The notes: generated from the letters alone by a model not told the origin. A stretch of 64,000 bases of DNA from Nitrospirota bacterium (GCA_963663225.1 OY760142.1:1920001-1984000); one strand, 5' to 3'. Counted from the stretch's first letter, positions 9,427 through 20,358 are shown. Translations and numbers: made by a program.

Positions 9427-11985
9427 ATGAAAAAACCCGTTATCCTGATCACCCTCGCGTATATTGGGGGCCTTCTTGCCGGCCACGGATTTCTTTACTT
9501 TCCATATGCAGCCGGCATCTTGATAGCGCTTTGTATTCTGACATCCGGTATTGCCGCATTGTTCGGCAAAATATCGCCCCGCCTCTTTTGGCTTTCGGCA
9601 ATTCCAGGCATCATCGGCATGGCTGCATATCTGTTTTCGTCAACCTGGCTCCCTCCAAATCACTATACACGTGTTTTCGCGTACGATAACAAGATGCACG
9701 AAATCGCCGGTACTATCGCTTCTCCTCTTGACCGTGGTCAGGACAGGACCGGTTTTGTCCTGAAACTTTCGACAATAGATGGCGACCCCGTGTCCGGAGA
9801 CGTGCGGGTAAGCGTGCGGGCGGAAGCCGCAGGTGTCGGCTATGGGGATTCCATCCGAATCAAAGGGAAGCTGCTGCGGCCCGGGGGTTCCGGCAATCCG
9901 GGTGGATTTGATTATCCGGCATATCTTGCGCGAAGCGGGATTTACACTCTTGTCAGCGTCAAAGATTTCACCATGGTTGAGATTGCCGGAACGGGAAAAG
10001 GTTTTATCAGGACGGTTCAGGACTGGCGCGAGCACATACGCCGGTCGTTTCTCGCATCAACCACGGGGGCCGGTTCCGCGATTCTTCAGGCCATGATCAT
10101 AGGAGAAGAGGGATTGCTCACGGACGAGATGCGGGACAGTTTCATGGCGGCGGGAGCAACGCACATTATTTCCATCTCAGGGTCGCATTTGGGAATGCTT
10201 GCCGTCCTCTGTATCGGTTTCCTGCGGGGAATTATTTTTCTTATGCCTGAGCGGTATTATAACCGCCTGACCCTGCATCTTGATCCCAAAAAAGCGGCGG
10301 CCTGGCTCACCCTTCCCTGTGTTGCATTTTATACGCTGCTTGCCGGCTGTGAAGTGGCCACAATCCGTTCTCTCATTATGATTACGGCGGGACTCCTGGC
10401 GCTGATCCTCGACCGGGACGACGCGCTCATGAATTCGCTGGCAATCGCGGCACTTCTGATTTTGATCGCAAGTCCTCAGGCAATTTTTGATATTTCATTT
10501 CAGCTGTCGTATTTTTCCGTGCTTGCTATCGGCTATGTCGTTACGCTCTGGAACGACTTGGAAATCAGACAGGAGGGAGTACTACGAAAAATCAGAAACA
10601 GCATTGCCATGGTCATTATGATTTCTCTTACGACAAGTCTTGCGACGGGACCGCTTGTCGCCCACTACTTTAATCAGTTTTCTTTTGCAGGCATTATATC
10701 AAATCTGGCCGTGATTCCTTTCGCAGGCCTGCTTGTCGTGCCGCTGGGCTTGTTTTCGGCGGTGTTGTCGCTTTTTACGGGATATCTGCCTCTGGCTGGC
10801 GTCAATCAATTTTTCGGGAACGCTTTTGTTGCGGTTGTAGACTTTTTCGGCCGATTGTCCTTTGCGGAAATGCATCCGCCTGCCCCGGATGCGGTGTGGT
10901 TGTTTTTTTACTTTCTTTTTCTGTTTTTTGTCGCTAGTGCCGTCAGAGCCGGTCTGCGCGCCCGCTTCAAACCTTTTGAAAGCACTACCCGGGTCCCGAG
11001 GAGCGCTGTGCTGGGCGCGGTCATCTCCGGTTGTTTCCTAGTCGTTCCTCTTGCGGTTTTTTCCATGCCGGTCAGGGCTGCAGAGGTTAGTTTTCCTGAT
11101 GTAGGACAGGGTGACTGCGCGCTTATCCGGCTGCGTTCCGGGAAAAACATTCTGATCGACGGCGGCGGCACCTATGACAACCGATTTGACATCGGACGCC
11201 GCATTGTTGCGCCGTATCTCTGGAACAAGGGGGTCAGCACCATCGATCTTCTGATCCTTTCTCACCCTCATCCGGACCATATGAACGGACTTCGATACAT
11301 CCTAAAGAAATTTCGCGTGCTGCAAGTGTGGGAAAGTGAACGGGACACAGACCTGCCGGGATACAAGGAATTCAGGCAAATCATCGCAGAGAAGAATATC
11401 CCCAGAAGGACTGTTTCTGCTGAAGAACAACCAGCAGCAATCGGCGAAGCAGAACTTTTTGTACTCCACCCTGCCGGAACATTTATATCACGCGACCGCC
11501 AGGCGTATGCCGCGGAAAACAGTCGTTCCCTCGTGGTCAAAATGGTTTTCGATAATCGTATTTCTCTGTTTCCCGGAGATATCGGCAGCGATGCCGAGCA
11601 GGAACTGGCTGAAAAAGCTCCTGGTATAAAGTGCGACCTGCTGAAAGTGCCGCATCATGGCAGCAAAAGTTCAAGCAGCGAGCTTTTCATATCCGCGACA
11701 CGGCCCCATCTTGCAATGATGACCGTCGGCAGAGGAAACCGCTACCGGCATCCTTCACCGGAGGTTTTAGAGCGGTATGCTGCGTACGGGGCCGAGATAG
11801 GCAGAACGGATATTGATGGAGCAGTAACAGTGCGAATGGAGAAAAACGGCATGAATACCGTGCGTTGGAATGACTGCGTGCTGGAACGAATAGACTTTCT
11901 TGACCGTACGGCGTGGGGAAAACGGGAAAAATCGAACTGGAGCCGTTTACAGAAGAGGATACAGTCTGATTTTTTCAAGATTTAA
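9427..11985 (+). CDS. comEC: DNA internalization competence protein ComEC/Rec2
   Basis: NPGGFDY, HIISISGSH competence domain, many TM helices, C-terminal MBL domain (DVGQGD, SHPHPDH, KVPHHGS, RTDIDGA). Confidence 0.93.
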   Translation: MKKPVILITLAYIGGLLAGHGFLYFPYAAGILIALCILTSGIAALFGKISPRLFWLSAIPGIIGMAAYLFSSTWLPPNHYTRVFAYDNKMHEIAGTIASPLDRGQDRTGFVLKLSTIDGDPVSGDVRVSVRAEAAGVGYGDSIRIKGKLLRPGGSGNPGGFDYPAYLARSGIYTLVSVKDFTMVEIAGTGKGFIRTVQDWREHIRRSFLASTTGAGSAILQAMIIGEEGLLTDEMRDSFMAAGATHIISISGSHLGMLAVLCIGFLRGIIFLMPERYYNRLTLHLDPKKAAAWLTLPCVAFYTLLAGCEVATIRSLIMITAGLLALILDRDDALMNSLAIAALLILIASPQAIFDISFQLSYFSVLAIGYVVTLWNDLEIRQEGVLRKIRNSIAMVIMISLTTSLATGPLVAHYFNQFSFAGIISNLAVIPFAGLLVVPLGLFSAVLSLFTGYLPLAGVNQFFGNAFVAVVDFFGRLSFAEMHPPAPDAVWLFFYFLFLFFVASAVRAGLRARFKPFESTTRVPRSAVLGAVISGCFLVVPLAVFSMPVRAAEVSFPDVGQGDCALIRLRSGKNILIDGGGTYDNRFDIGRRIVAPYLWNKGVSTIDLLILSHPHPDHMNGLRYILKKFRVLQVWESERDTDLPGYKEFRQIIAEKNIPRRTVSAEEQPAAIGEAELFVLHPAGTFISRDRQAYAAENSRSLVVKMVFDNRISLFPGDIGSDAEQELAEKAPGIKCDLLKVPHHGSKSSSSELFISATRPHLAMMTVGRGNRYRHPSPEVLERYAAYGAEIGRTDIDGAVTVRMEKNGMNTVRWNDCVLERIDFLDRTAWGKREKSNWSRLQKRIQSDFFKI

Positions 11986-12170
11986 TCCGTACGGCAGGGA
12001 ATTCCCCGCCTCCTGTTGGGGGCGGAATGCAGCAAGGCGTGCCCTGCGCTCGCGCGCTATCGCACTCGTTAACGCTGGGTACCGGCAGGAGGCTGTTTTT
12101 ATCAAGGGAGCCACGGCTTCTGCCGGAGGGGGTTCATTAACCGGATGTTGTATGAACCTGCAAAATATCC

Positions 12171-12198
12171 TTGACATTTCTTTGTTTATGGTTAAAAT
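12171..12198 (+). promoter_or_regulatory. Sigma70-type promoter for the small Cys4 gene
   Basis: TTGACA-N16-TAAAAT. Confidence 0.55.
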
Positions 12199-12234
12199 GC
12201 ACAAGTTTGCATCAGGATCAGGAGGTGAAGCAAA

Positions 12235-12411
12235 ATGGCAGAAATGAGCAAAACTGCGAAAGCAGCAACCAAAAAAGCCGTGGTAAACTTGAATATACCT
12301 CAGTGCTGCGGAAAGCCCATGCAGGCGGCAAAGATGATGACCACGACAGGCAAGGTTCGCGGCATGATGTGGCTATGCGATAAATGCTTTAAAGAAACAA
12401 AGATTGCTTAA
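12235..12411 (+). CDS. 58-aa small protein, putative zinc/rubredoxin-like ribbon (CCGKPM...CDKC); absent from ORF track
   Basis: Manual translation MAEMSKTAKAATKKAVVNLNIPQCCGKPMQAAKMMTTTGKVRGMMWLCDKCFKETKIA*; GGAGGTG RBS, own promoter and terminator. Confidence 0.8.
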   Translation: MAEMSKTAKAATKKAVVNLNIPQCCGKPMQAAKMMTTTGKVRGMMWLCDKCFKETKIA

Positions 12412-12439
12412 TACGGCAGCGATACAGAAGCGAAAAACC

Positions 12440-12463
12440 AGGCGGTGAAAATCACCGCCTTTT
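12440..12463 (+). terminator. Intrinsic terminator
   Basis: AGGCGGTGA-AAA-TCACCGCCT followed by TTT. Confidence 0.7.
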
Positions 12464-12626
12464 GTTTCCTGTCTCTTTCCACCGGCGCAATTCCTAAAGA
12501 GTTATTAGTTGCAAAAAATCCACGCTTGTGCTATTTTAATCGCGCTCGATTTTCAGAAAAAACCGGCGGTGGTGCAACTCCTCTTAGCTGTTATTATCCT
12601 CTACTCAAGGAGTGTAATTTACCCCC

Positions 12627-13250
12627 ATGGCCCTCTTCCCGAAAAATATAGATTTTTATGAGATGTTCGACCGTGCGCTTGAGAATGTTTCAAGCGCGGC
12701 TGATCTGTTTGTCGATATGCTGCGCAGCTTCGACCGTGATGAATTTGTCGCGTCGTCGAAGAAAATTTATGAGTTCGAGCAGGAAGGGGACATGCTCACT
12801 CATGATATTTTCAAAAATCTGAATAAGACGTTTCTCACTCCGATCGACAGAGAAGACATCCATGCCCTTGCTTCGAGGATTGACGATATTATGGACCACG
12901 TCTGGGCAGTGGTAGACCGGATGGTAGTGTTTAAAATTGAAAAACCCACCCCTGAGATCCTTTTGATGGCAGAGGATATGCAAACAGTTGCGGGGACTCT
13001 TAAGAAAGCAATTCGGGAGCTTCGGGCAAAGCAGTATGACCGCGTCCAGGAATACTGCATTGAGATCAACCGGCTTGAAAACCGGATCGACCGCATATAC
13101 CGGGACGCTCTCGGCAAACTGCTGAACGAACAGAATGACCCCATGTATGTCATCAAATGGAAAGACATCTATCAGCTGCTCGAAGAAGGAGCTGACCGTT
13201 CGGAAGATGTTGCCAATGTTCTTGAATCCATAGTCCTTAAATATGCATGA
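12627..13250 (+). CDS. DUF47 / PhoU-like phosphate transport regulator
   Basis: EQEGD...KTFLTPIDREDI, ENRID, IKWKDIY; overlaps pit start. Confidence 0.9.
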   Translation: MALFPKNIDFYEMFDRALENVSSAADLFVDMLRSFDRDEFVASSKKIYEFEQEGDMLTHDIFKNLNKTFLTPIDREDIHALASRIDDIMDHVWAVVDRMVVFKIEKPTPEILLMAEDMQTVAGTLKKAIRELRAKQYDRVQEYCIEINRLENRIDRIYRDALGKLLNEQNDPMYVIKWKDIYQLLEEGADRSEDVANVLESIVLKYA

Positions 13251-14235
13251 ATTTCTGATTCTTATTATTATCCTGGCGGTGGTTTTCGATATCGCAAACG
13301 GATGGCACGATGCTGCCAACGCCATTGCCACTGTCGTTTCGACAAAAGTGCTTTCTCCCGCCGCTGCGGTCGCCATAGCCGCATGCATGGAAATTCTCGG
13401 CGCCTTTTTAACGACCGCCGTTGCGAAAACCATCGGATCGGGAATTGTTGACCCGACAGCCATCACGGATACCGTGCTGGTAGCAGCGCTGCTGTCTGCA
13501 ATCCTCTGGAACCTCATAACGCTTTTCTTCGGCTTGCCGGTGAGTTCGTCTCATGCGCTTGTCGGCGGGCTCATCGGCGGTTCCCTGGCCTACGGAGGCG
13601 CCAGCATCCTTAATCTGACCGGGATTCTGAAAATCTTTGCCTCGCTGCTTGTTTCCCCGGTATTTGGACTCGTCGTCGGCTATCTCTTCATGAAACTGGT
13701 TCTGTCCCTGTTTGGCACTCTTTCGCCTGGGACGATCAGCAAGTACTTCGGCAGATTCCAAATTATTTCATCTGCCTGCATGGCGTTCGGTCACGGCTCG
13801 AATGATGCTCAGAAGGCCATGGGGATCATCACCATGGCCCTTGTCAGCGGAGGCGTCATTCAGACGGTAGATGTGCCGAAATGGGTTATCATAATCTGCG
13901 CGCTTGCCATGGGAGCCGGCGTGCTTTTCGGCGGCTGGAAGATCATAAAGACTATCGGCGTTAAGATGCTCAAACTTGAGCCGATCCACGGTTTCGCCGC
14001 TGAAACTTCTTCCACGGCAATCATTATTACGGCGAGTCATTTCGGACTGCCGGTGAGCACCACGCATGTGATTTCATCGGCCATCCTGGGCGTCGGCGCA
14101 ACCAAACGGCTGTCTGCCGTACGCTGGGGCATTGCCGGCAAGATAGTGATGGCTTGGGTTCTTACTCTTCCCCTTTGCATCGGCATGGCATGGGGCATTC
14201 AGACGCTTTTGGCGCATTTCCATATTGGGTGCTGA
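13243..14235 (+). CDS. pit: Inorganic phosphate transporter, PiT family
   Basis: NGWHDAANAIAT, PVSSSHA, HGSNDAQK, PVSTTH. Confidence 0.93.
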   Translation: MHEFLILIIILAVVFDIANGWHDAANAIATVVSTKVLSPAAAVAIAACMEILGAFLTTAVAKTIGSGIVDPTAITDTVLVAALLSAILWNLITLFFGLPVSSSHALVGGLIGGSLAYGGASILNLTGILKIFASLLVSPVFGLVVGYLFMKLVLSLFGTLSPGTISKYFGRFQIISSACMAFGHGSNDAQKAMGIITMALVSGGVIQTVDVPKWVIIICALAMGAGVLFGGWKIIKTIGVKMLKLEPIHGFAAETSSTAIIITASHFGLPVSTTHVISSAILGVGATKRLSAVRWGIAGKIVMAWVLTLPLCIGMAWGIQTLLAHFHIGC

Positions 14236-14279
14236 TTTCTTCAACACGTGCTTTGCCTGCCTCCAGGTATCATATTCCA

Positions 14280-14693
14280 ATGACTGTATCTGAACATGCT
14301 GAAATAAAACGTTTTGTCAGAAACACGCTCGGCTGCGGATGTCCTGAGGAAGTATTTCAAGCCATTGATTGCAGGTATGCTGTGCGGCTAGCGACAGGCA
14401 TTGTATTGGATGCCATGCTTGTCATTGCTGACCGGCTGCTTATCTATGTGGTGGAGGCGGGTGCGGAAGGCTTCTCCCAATCAGAGTTCACGGCGCTTGT
14501 AGCCGTTGGCAAGGAAGACCGTGATGTACGGAAGTTGAACAGGTTCCGGCTGGTAGTTGCAGCGGACGAGGCTCTGGATGCCCGGACTGTTCAAACATTG
14601 TTTCAGGAATTGGCATGCAGGGACGAAAAGATCCATCTGCATATTATCAGCAGGGAAGAAAATATTTTTCAGAAGAAGGGGAGCAAGCGTTAG
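14280..14693 (+). CDS. Hypothetical protein (LGCGCPEEVF motif)
   Basis: Protein-like ORF with CxC motif; start placed at ATG 14280 to avoid overlap with pit. Confidence 0.65.
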   Translation: MTVSEHAEIKRFVRNTLGCGCPEEVFQAIDCRYAVRLATGIVLDAMLVIADRLLIYVVEAGAEGFSQSEFTALVAVGKEDRDVRKLNRFRLVVAADEALDARTVQTLFQELACRDEKIHLHIISREENIFQKKGSKR

Positions 14694-15334
14694 AATGTCA
14701 GAAAACTCTTTTCAGGCATGTTTGACGCCTTCCGTGTGTCCACACCCCGGTAGTTGCCCGCTTTCAGCATTTCAATGAAGTTTTCGTAAGTTATTTCCGC
14801 ATCAAATCTTGTAAAACAACATCCGACGTCCTGGGGTTCATGGGCATCGGAGCCGCCGGTATACGGGACGTTCCGCGCTTTTGCCGCCGCAATGGCCCGG
14901 GTGTTCATGGCAGGCATATTCACGCCGTTACATCCCTCCAGCGCTGCGATGCCGGGGACATCGTGCACAAGATCGCCGATGCTGGTTCCCGGCCGGTACG
15001 GGTGTGAGGGAATTACGACCCCTCCCGCTTCCGTCACCACATGGATGATGTCCTGCAGGGGGGCTCTCTGCGTGGAGAGTTTGTCGGTGTCGGCGCCGAA
15101 GACAAGGCAGTGCCCTTCTTCCGCGGAAAATTCCACCCCGCGAAAAATCCTGATGCTGTTTCTGTATTTGAATTTCAGTTTTTCGACAAATTCGGATGCG
15201 GAATAGAAATAGTGCTCGGTAAAGGCGATTCCCTGAAGCCCGCGTTGAATGGCGTGATGAACAGTCTCTTCCGGGTCGGCATCATTGTCTTCGCTGTATT
15301 TTGAGTGCACATGCAGGTCAATTTTAAACTCCAT
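14690..15334 (-). CDS. PHP-domain metal-dependent phosphoesterase
   Basis: DLHVHS, FTEH, GVE, SHP, GGSDAH. Confidence 0.88.
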   Translation of the reverse strand: MEFKIDLHVHSKYSEDNDADPEETVHHAIQRGLQGIAFTEHYFYSASEFVEKLKFKYRNSIRIFRGVEFSAEEGHCLVFGADTDKLSTQRAPLQDIIHVVTEAGGVVIPSHPYRPGTSIGDLVHDVPGIAALEGCNGVNMPAMNTRAIAAAKARNVPYTGGSDAHEPQDVGCCFTRFDAEITYENFIEMLKAGNYRGVDTRKASNMPEKSFLTF

Positions 15335-15678
15335 GATAAAATAACAATCGCGGAAAAACCGGATGAAAACAATCATAAATCACGATCCACGCGCTGGATC
15401 ATGACAGTCATCCCGTATCGTTGTTTGTTTCCGTCCTTTCAAAAAACATGGTCATCAGTGAAGACACTGAGTTCCACGGCAGGCAGATTGCCGCTTGTGG
15501 AGGTGAACGATTTCATTATATTACCACCTTTGCCTGCCGGAATAAAGAAGAAACAGAAAACCGCCGAGAGATGGCCGAGGGTTAGTTTGCGTATTGAAGC
15601 GGTGCGGTAAGCGTGTTTGGTTGAAGGGGCCGAACTGGCGAGTGTAAACCGCGGTTCCGGGCTGAAAACGCGACAGCT

Positions 15679-16788
15679 TCAGATCTTCCCGCATGCTTGT
15701 ATCAAAATTTTTTTCAGGTCTTCCTCGGTAACAGCTCTGGTATTATTGAGCGTGCTGCGTTGTTTCATGGTCCGGGAGGAATAGAGGGATGCTTCCTCGT
15801 CCGTAAGAACGACCCGATCCTGCAGGAGAAGCCGCATATATTCGCCGAATTCCGCAATGCTGTTTAATCCAAGCAGCCCGATGATTGCGTCGATTTTTCC
15901 TCCGGCAACTTCGTAATTATAGTTAAAATACTCTTCCATGAGAAGGCCGTTGGCTTTTCCGTGCGGAATATTTTTAAAAAAAGTCAGCGAGTATCCCAGG
16001 CCGTGGACTATTGTCGTGCCGGTATGGGCTATTACCATGCCGCCCAGCAGTGACATGTACAGCAGTTTTTCCCTGATGTCTTCCGTGATCCTGAAACTCA
16101 ACAGCGGTTTCAGGCATTCAGCAAACACCTGTATGGCTTCAACAGCAAGTGCATCGCTTACCGGCATGCTTCTTTTGCAGAGATATCCTTCGACAGCATG
16201 GCTAAACGCGTCCACCGCCGTATGTATCGTTACTTCACGGGACAGGTTCTCCGTATATCGCGGATCAATGAACGCAATCGCCGGAAAGGTTTCATCATTG
16301 CCGAAACTCTGTTTTGTCTGTAAATCGTTTCTGGTGAGAATCGAATACTGGGTGACCTCGCTTCCCGTGCCGGCGGTCGTCGGAACAGCGATGACAGGCA
16401 AGGGTTTGGTTGTGAATGCGTTTTGAAATAAAACTGAAGGTTCCATGCTGTTGACGGCAAGAACCGCGACTGCTTTTGCTGCGTCAACCGGAGAACCGCC
16501 TCCGATCCCGATGATAAAGTCTGCGTGAAAATCGCGGGCCAGGGATCCTGCTTCCGCAGCGGTTTCCAGAGAAGGGTTGTTTTCCACACGGTCATAAATT
16601 CGGTATTCTATCTGGAGCTGTTGTAAGCTTGCCTCGATGTCGTTTAAAGCACCCGAGGATCGCGCGGAAGTTTTTCCGGTGACGATAAAAGCCTTTTTCC
16701 CATAGGGAAGCAGCTCAGTACTGTGATTTTTGACCGCATTTTTGCCGAACAGCACTTTTGTTTTGATGTAAAATTTGAACGTCATCAT
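15679..16788 (-). CDS. Iron-containing alcohol dehydrogenase family protein
   Basis: GIGGGSPVDAAKA, PTTAGTGSEVT, DAFSHAVE, H...HG metal ligands. Confidence 0.9.
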   Translation of the reverse strand: MMTFKFYIKTKVLFGKNAVKNHSTELLPYGKKAFIVTGKTSARSSGALNDIEASLQQLQIEYRIYDRVENNPSLETAAEAGSLARDFHADFIIGIGGGSPVDAAKAVAVLAVNSMEPSVLFQNAFTTKPLPVIAVPTTAGTGSEVTQYSILTRNDLQTKQSFGNDETFPAIAFIDPRYTENLSREVTIHTAVDAFSHAVEGYLCKRSMPVSDALAVEAIQVFAECLKPLLSFRITEDIREKLLYMSLLGGMVIAHTGTTIVHGLGYSLTFFKNIPHGKANGLLMEEYFNYNYEVAGGKIDAIIGLLGLNSIAEFGEYMRLLLQDRVVLTDEEASLYSSRTMKQRSTLNNTRAVTEEDLKKILIQACGKI

Positions 16789-16833
16789 GGTTGCATCCTT
16801 CAATCTCCTCATTATGCAAATTGCCGTTTCGCA

Positions 16834-16872
16834 CAAAAAGGCCTTCCGCATTGGTCGGGGAAGGCCTTTTTG
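16834..16872. terminator. Bidirectional intrinsic terminator after fba
   Basis: AAAAAGGCCTTCC...GGAAGGCCTTTTT. Confidence 0.75.
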
Positions 16873-16913
16873 AAGACTTCAGCCTGCATAAACCGGCGTT
16901 TTGAGAACAGCTT

Positions 16914-17894
16914 TTACGCTTTGCCTGCTGAGCCGAGAACCGTGGTATTTTTGGCAATAATAAGTTTTTTCAATTCCTCGCGCGCGGGTCCCAGATATTT
17001 GCGCGGGTCGAACTCCGCGGGGTTTTCCGCGAGCATTTTTCTGATAATGGCGGTTACAACGAGGCGACCGTCGCTGTCTATGTTTATTTTGCAAACAGCG
17101 GATTTGGCGGCCTTGCGCAGCTGGTCTTCCGGAACCCCGACCGCGTTTTCCATTTTACCGCCGAATTTGTTTATTATCGACACATATTCCTGAACGACCG
17201 ATGATGCCCCGTGCAGAACAATGGGAAAGCCCGGAAGCCGCTTCTCGATTTTCTCAAGAATATCGAAGCGCAACGGCGGGACGGATTCGCCCGGTTTTAC
17301 TTTGAATTTGTAAGCGCCGTGGGACGTCCCGATCGAAATTGCCAGCGAATCAACACCGGTTTTTTTCACGAAATCCTCGACTTCGTTCGGATCGGTATAA
17401 TTCGATTTTTCGGCTTTCACATCATCTTCAATGCCCGCCAGCACGCCGAGTTCGCCTTCCACGGTGACGTCATGCTGGTGTGCGTATTCCACCACCTGGC
17501 GGGTCAATTCGACATTTTTTTCATACGGATGGTGGGAACCGTCGATCATGACGGACGAAAAACCGTATTCAATGCATGATTTGCAGAGCTCAAAGGTATC
17601 GCCATGATCGAGATGCAAGGCAATGGGAATATTGCTCGTGAGGTCTTTTCGGCACATTGCGACGGCGCCCTGTGCCATATAGCGGAGAAGGGTCTGGTTC
17701 GCATATTTTCTGGCCCCGCTCGATACCTGCAGAATGACCGGAGAATTGCTTTCCGCGCATCCACCGATGATTGCCTGCAGCTGTTCCATATTATTGAAAT
17801 TGTATGCTGGTACGGCATACTGTCCGGACATCGCCTTTTTGAACATCTCTCTCGTATTTACCAGCCCCAATTCTTCATATAAGTGCTTTGTCAT
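16914..17894 (-). CDS. fba: Class II fructose-1,6-bisphosphate aldolase
   Basis: ALHLDHG, VMIDGS, VEGELG, IGTSHG, VLHGAS, KINIDS, FDPRKYL. Confidence 0.95.
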   Translation of the reverse strand: MTKHLYEELGLVNTREMFKKAMSGQYAVPAYNFNNMEQLQAIIGGCAESNSPVILQVSSGARKYANQTLLRYMAQGAVAMCRKDLTSNIPIALHLDHGDTFELCKSCIEYGFSSVMIDGSHHPYEKNVELTRQVVEYAHQHDVTVEGELGVLAGIEDDVKAEKSNYTDPNEVEDFVKKTGVDSLAISIGTSHGAYKFKVKPGESVPPLRFDILEKIEKRLPGFPIVLHGASSVVQEYVSIINKFGGKMENAVGVPEDQLRKAAKSAVCKINIDSDGRLVVTAIIRKMLAENPAEFDPRKYLGPAREELKKLIIAKNTTVLGSAGKA

Positions 17895-17964
17895 TCCCGA
17901 TCTCCTTTCTGATCCAGTAGTTGTTGTGTTCTGCTGCAAGAGAGGCAATTATAATCCACCGTGG

Positions 17965-20358
17965 TCAGTCTGTCAAAGAATTCTGCTGCGGCCCGGCCGG
18001 CGCCCATTTCCATTCCCTGATTTCCGGCAGGTCCTGTCCATACCGGTTGATGTACTCCCGGTGCTCCACCAGTTTCTCGCTGACTGCTTGTTTTGTGTAC
18101 GCGGCTATATCTGCAAGGCTCGGGACCCGGTCGATTACATCGGAAACGAGATGGAAGCGGTCAAGATCGTTGCGCACGACCATGTCAAACGGCGTTGTGG
18201 TCGTCCCTTCTTCCTTGTATCCGCGCACATGAATATTCAGATGGTTTGTGCGCCGGTATGTCAAACGGTGGATCAGCCAGGGATAGCCGTGATAGGCAAA
18301 AATGACCGGTTTGTCTTTTGTAAAGAGGATGTCGAATTCACGGTCCGAAAGTCCGTGAGGATGCTCTTCCGCGGGCTGGAGAGTCATAAGGTCCACCACA
18401 TTAATCACGCGCACTTTCAGATCAGGCGCGTACTCGCGGATCAGCTGGACTGCTGCCAGAGTCTCCAGGGTAGGCACATCGCCGGCGCACGCCATTACGA
18501 CATCCGGCTCACTGCCCTTGTCGTTGCTCGCCCACTCCCAGATTCCTATTCCGTCCGAGCAATGCTTGATCGCGGCAGCCATATCGAGCCACTGCGGCTG
18601 GGGAGCCTTTCCCGCGACAATGACATTCACCTTGTTTCTGCTGCGCAAGCACTGGTCGGCCACGATGAGGAGGGTATTTGCGTCCGGCGGGAAGTAGACC
18701 CGCACGATATCGGATTTTTTATTCACTACATGATCGATGAACCCGGGGTCCTGATGGCTGAAACCATTGTGGTCCTGCTGCCAGACATGGGACGTGAGCA
18801 GATAGTTGAGAGATGCGATGGGCCTTCTCCAGAGTATTTCCCTGCTGGTGACTTTGAGCCACTTCGCATGCTGGTTGAACATGGAGTCGATAATATGGAT
18901 GAACGCCTCGTAACAGGAAAAAAATCCGTGGCGTCCCGTGAGCAAATATCCTTCGAGCCAGCCCTGGCACGTGTGTTCACTCAGGATCTCCATGACGCGG
19001 CCATCCGGAGAAAGATGGACATCCTCGGGGATTGTTTTTTCCATCCATGCCCGGTCTGTTGCTTCGAAGACGGCGTCAAGCCGGTTCGAGGAGGTTTCAT
19101 CCGGACCCATGATCCGGAAGTTTCGTTCATCCGCGTTCAGCTTCATGATGTCGCGCAGAAAGTTCCCCAGGACTTTTGTCGCCTCGCCGATAACCTTTCC
19201 ATTTGCAGTCATGGTAACGGCATAATCCCTGAAGTCGGGGATTTTCAAGTCTTTGAGAAGAATGCCGCCATTGGCATGCGGGTTTGCGCCCATGCGCCGG
19301 TTGCCTTTGGGCGGCAGATCGGCGAGGTGGGAAAAGAGCCTGCCGTTTTCGTCGAAAAGCTCTTCCGGTTTATAGGACTTCATCCATGCTTCGAGAAGTT
19401 TGATATGCTCCGGTTTTGCCGCCATTTCTGCAAAAGGAACCTGGTGCGAGCGCCAGAAGCCTTCCGTCTTGAGGCCGTCCACCTCACCGGGACCCGTCCA
19501 CCCTTTGGGCGTGCGAAGGATGATCATGGGCCAGCGGGGACGTTTAATCACATTGTGGAAACGAGATTCTGTTTGGATAGTCTTTATCTCATCAGCTACA
19601 GTGTCCAGGGTTTCAGCCATTGCCTGATGCATGGCATTCGGGTCGGATCCTTCCACGAAATACGGTTTGTAGCCGTAGCCGATGAACAAACTCTCCAGCT
19701 CTTCGCCGCTGATGCGTGCCAATACGGCAGGGTTCGCGATTTTATATCCATTGAGATGCAGAATGGGCAGTACTGCCCCGTCACGGCGCGGATTCAGGAA
19801 TTTGTTGGAATGCCAGGCCGCGGCGAGAGGGCCTGTTTCCGCTTCGCCGTCGCCCACCACGCAGGCGGCAATGAGATTGGGATTGTCGAAAACAGCGCCG
19901 AATGCATGGGATACGGCATAGCCGAGTTCTCCGCCCTCATGGATGGAGCCCGGGGTCTCCGGCGCGGCATGACTGGGAATGCCGCCGGGAAAGGAAAATT
20001 GTTTAAAAAGTCTTTTCATCCCTTCTGTGTCCTGAGAGATGTTCGGATAGAGTTCGCTATAGGTTCCTTCGAGGTATGTATTTGCCACGAGACCGGGGCC
20101 GCCATGCCCGGGTCCGGCGATATAGATAACATTGAGATCCCGTGATTTGATTATGCGGTTGAGATGAGCATAAATGAAATTAAGTCCGGGTGTGGTGCCC
20201 CAGTGGCCGAGCAGCCTCGGCTTGATATGGTCCAATTTCAGCGGATTCTTAAGCAGCGGATTGTCGTACAGATAGATTTGGCCAACGGACAGATAGTTTG
20301 CTGCGCGCCAGTAGGCATTGATGGCTTCCAATTGCTCGCGGGAGAGTGGACCAGGCAT
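17965..20358 (-). CDS. xfp: Xylulose-5-P/fructose-6-P phosphoketolase
   Basis: [27 protein letters not shown] motif, [20 protein letters not shown]. Confidence 0.96.
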   Translation of the reverse strand: MPGPLSREQLEAINAYWRAANYLSVGQIYLYDNPLLKNPLKLDHIKPRLLGHWGTTPGLNFIYAHLNRIIKSRDLNVIYIAGPGHGGPGLVANTYLEGTYSELYPNISQDTEGMKRLFKQFSFPGGIPSHAAPETPGSIHEGGELGYAVSHAFGAVFDNPNLIAACVVGDGEAETGPLAAAWHSNKFLNPRRDGAVLPILHLNGYKIANPAVLARISGEELESLFIGYGYKPYFVEGSDPNAMHQAMAETLDTVADEIKTIQTESRFHNVIKRPRWPMIILRTPKGWTGPGEVDGLKTEGFWRSHQVPFAEMAAKPEHIKLLEAWMKSYKPEELFDENGRLFSHLADLPPKGNRRMGANPHANGGILLKDLKIPDFRDYAVTMTANGKVIGEATKVLGNFLRDIMKLNADERNFRIMGPDETSSNRLDAVFEATDRAWMEKTIPEDVHLSPDGRVMEILSEHTCQGWLEGYLLTGRHGFFSCYEAFIHIIDSMFNQHAKWLKVTSREILWRRPIASLNYLLTSHVWQQDHNGFSHQDPGFIDHVVNKKSDIVRVYFPPDANTLLIVADQCLRSRNKVNVIVAGKAPQPQWLDMAAAIKHCSDGIGIWEWASNDKGSEPDVVMACAGDVPTLETLAAVQLIREYAPDLKVRVINVVDLMTLQPAEEHPHGLSDREFDILFTKDKPVIFAYHGYPWLIHRLTYRRTNHLNIHVRGYKEEGTTTTPFDMVVRNDLDRFHLVSDVIDRVPSLADIAAYTKQAVSEKLVEHREYINRYGQDLPEIREWKWAPAGPQQNSLTD

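Noticed and set aside
11986-12160. GC-rich hairpins after comEC as a possible riboswitch (e.g. c-di-AMP) or REP element
   Set aside because: No recognisable aptamer consensus, located upstream of the next promoter, and not repeated in the window
17734-20145. 803-aa plus-strand ORF
   Set aside because: Antisense shadow of the well-supported phosphoketolase; no motifs or RBS; explained by codon bias
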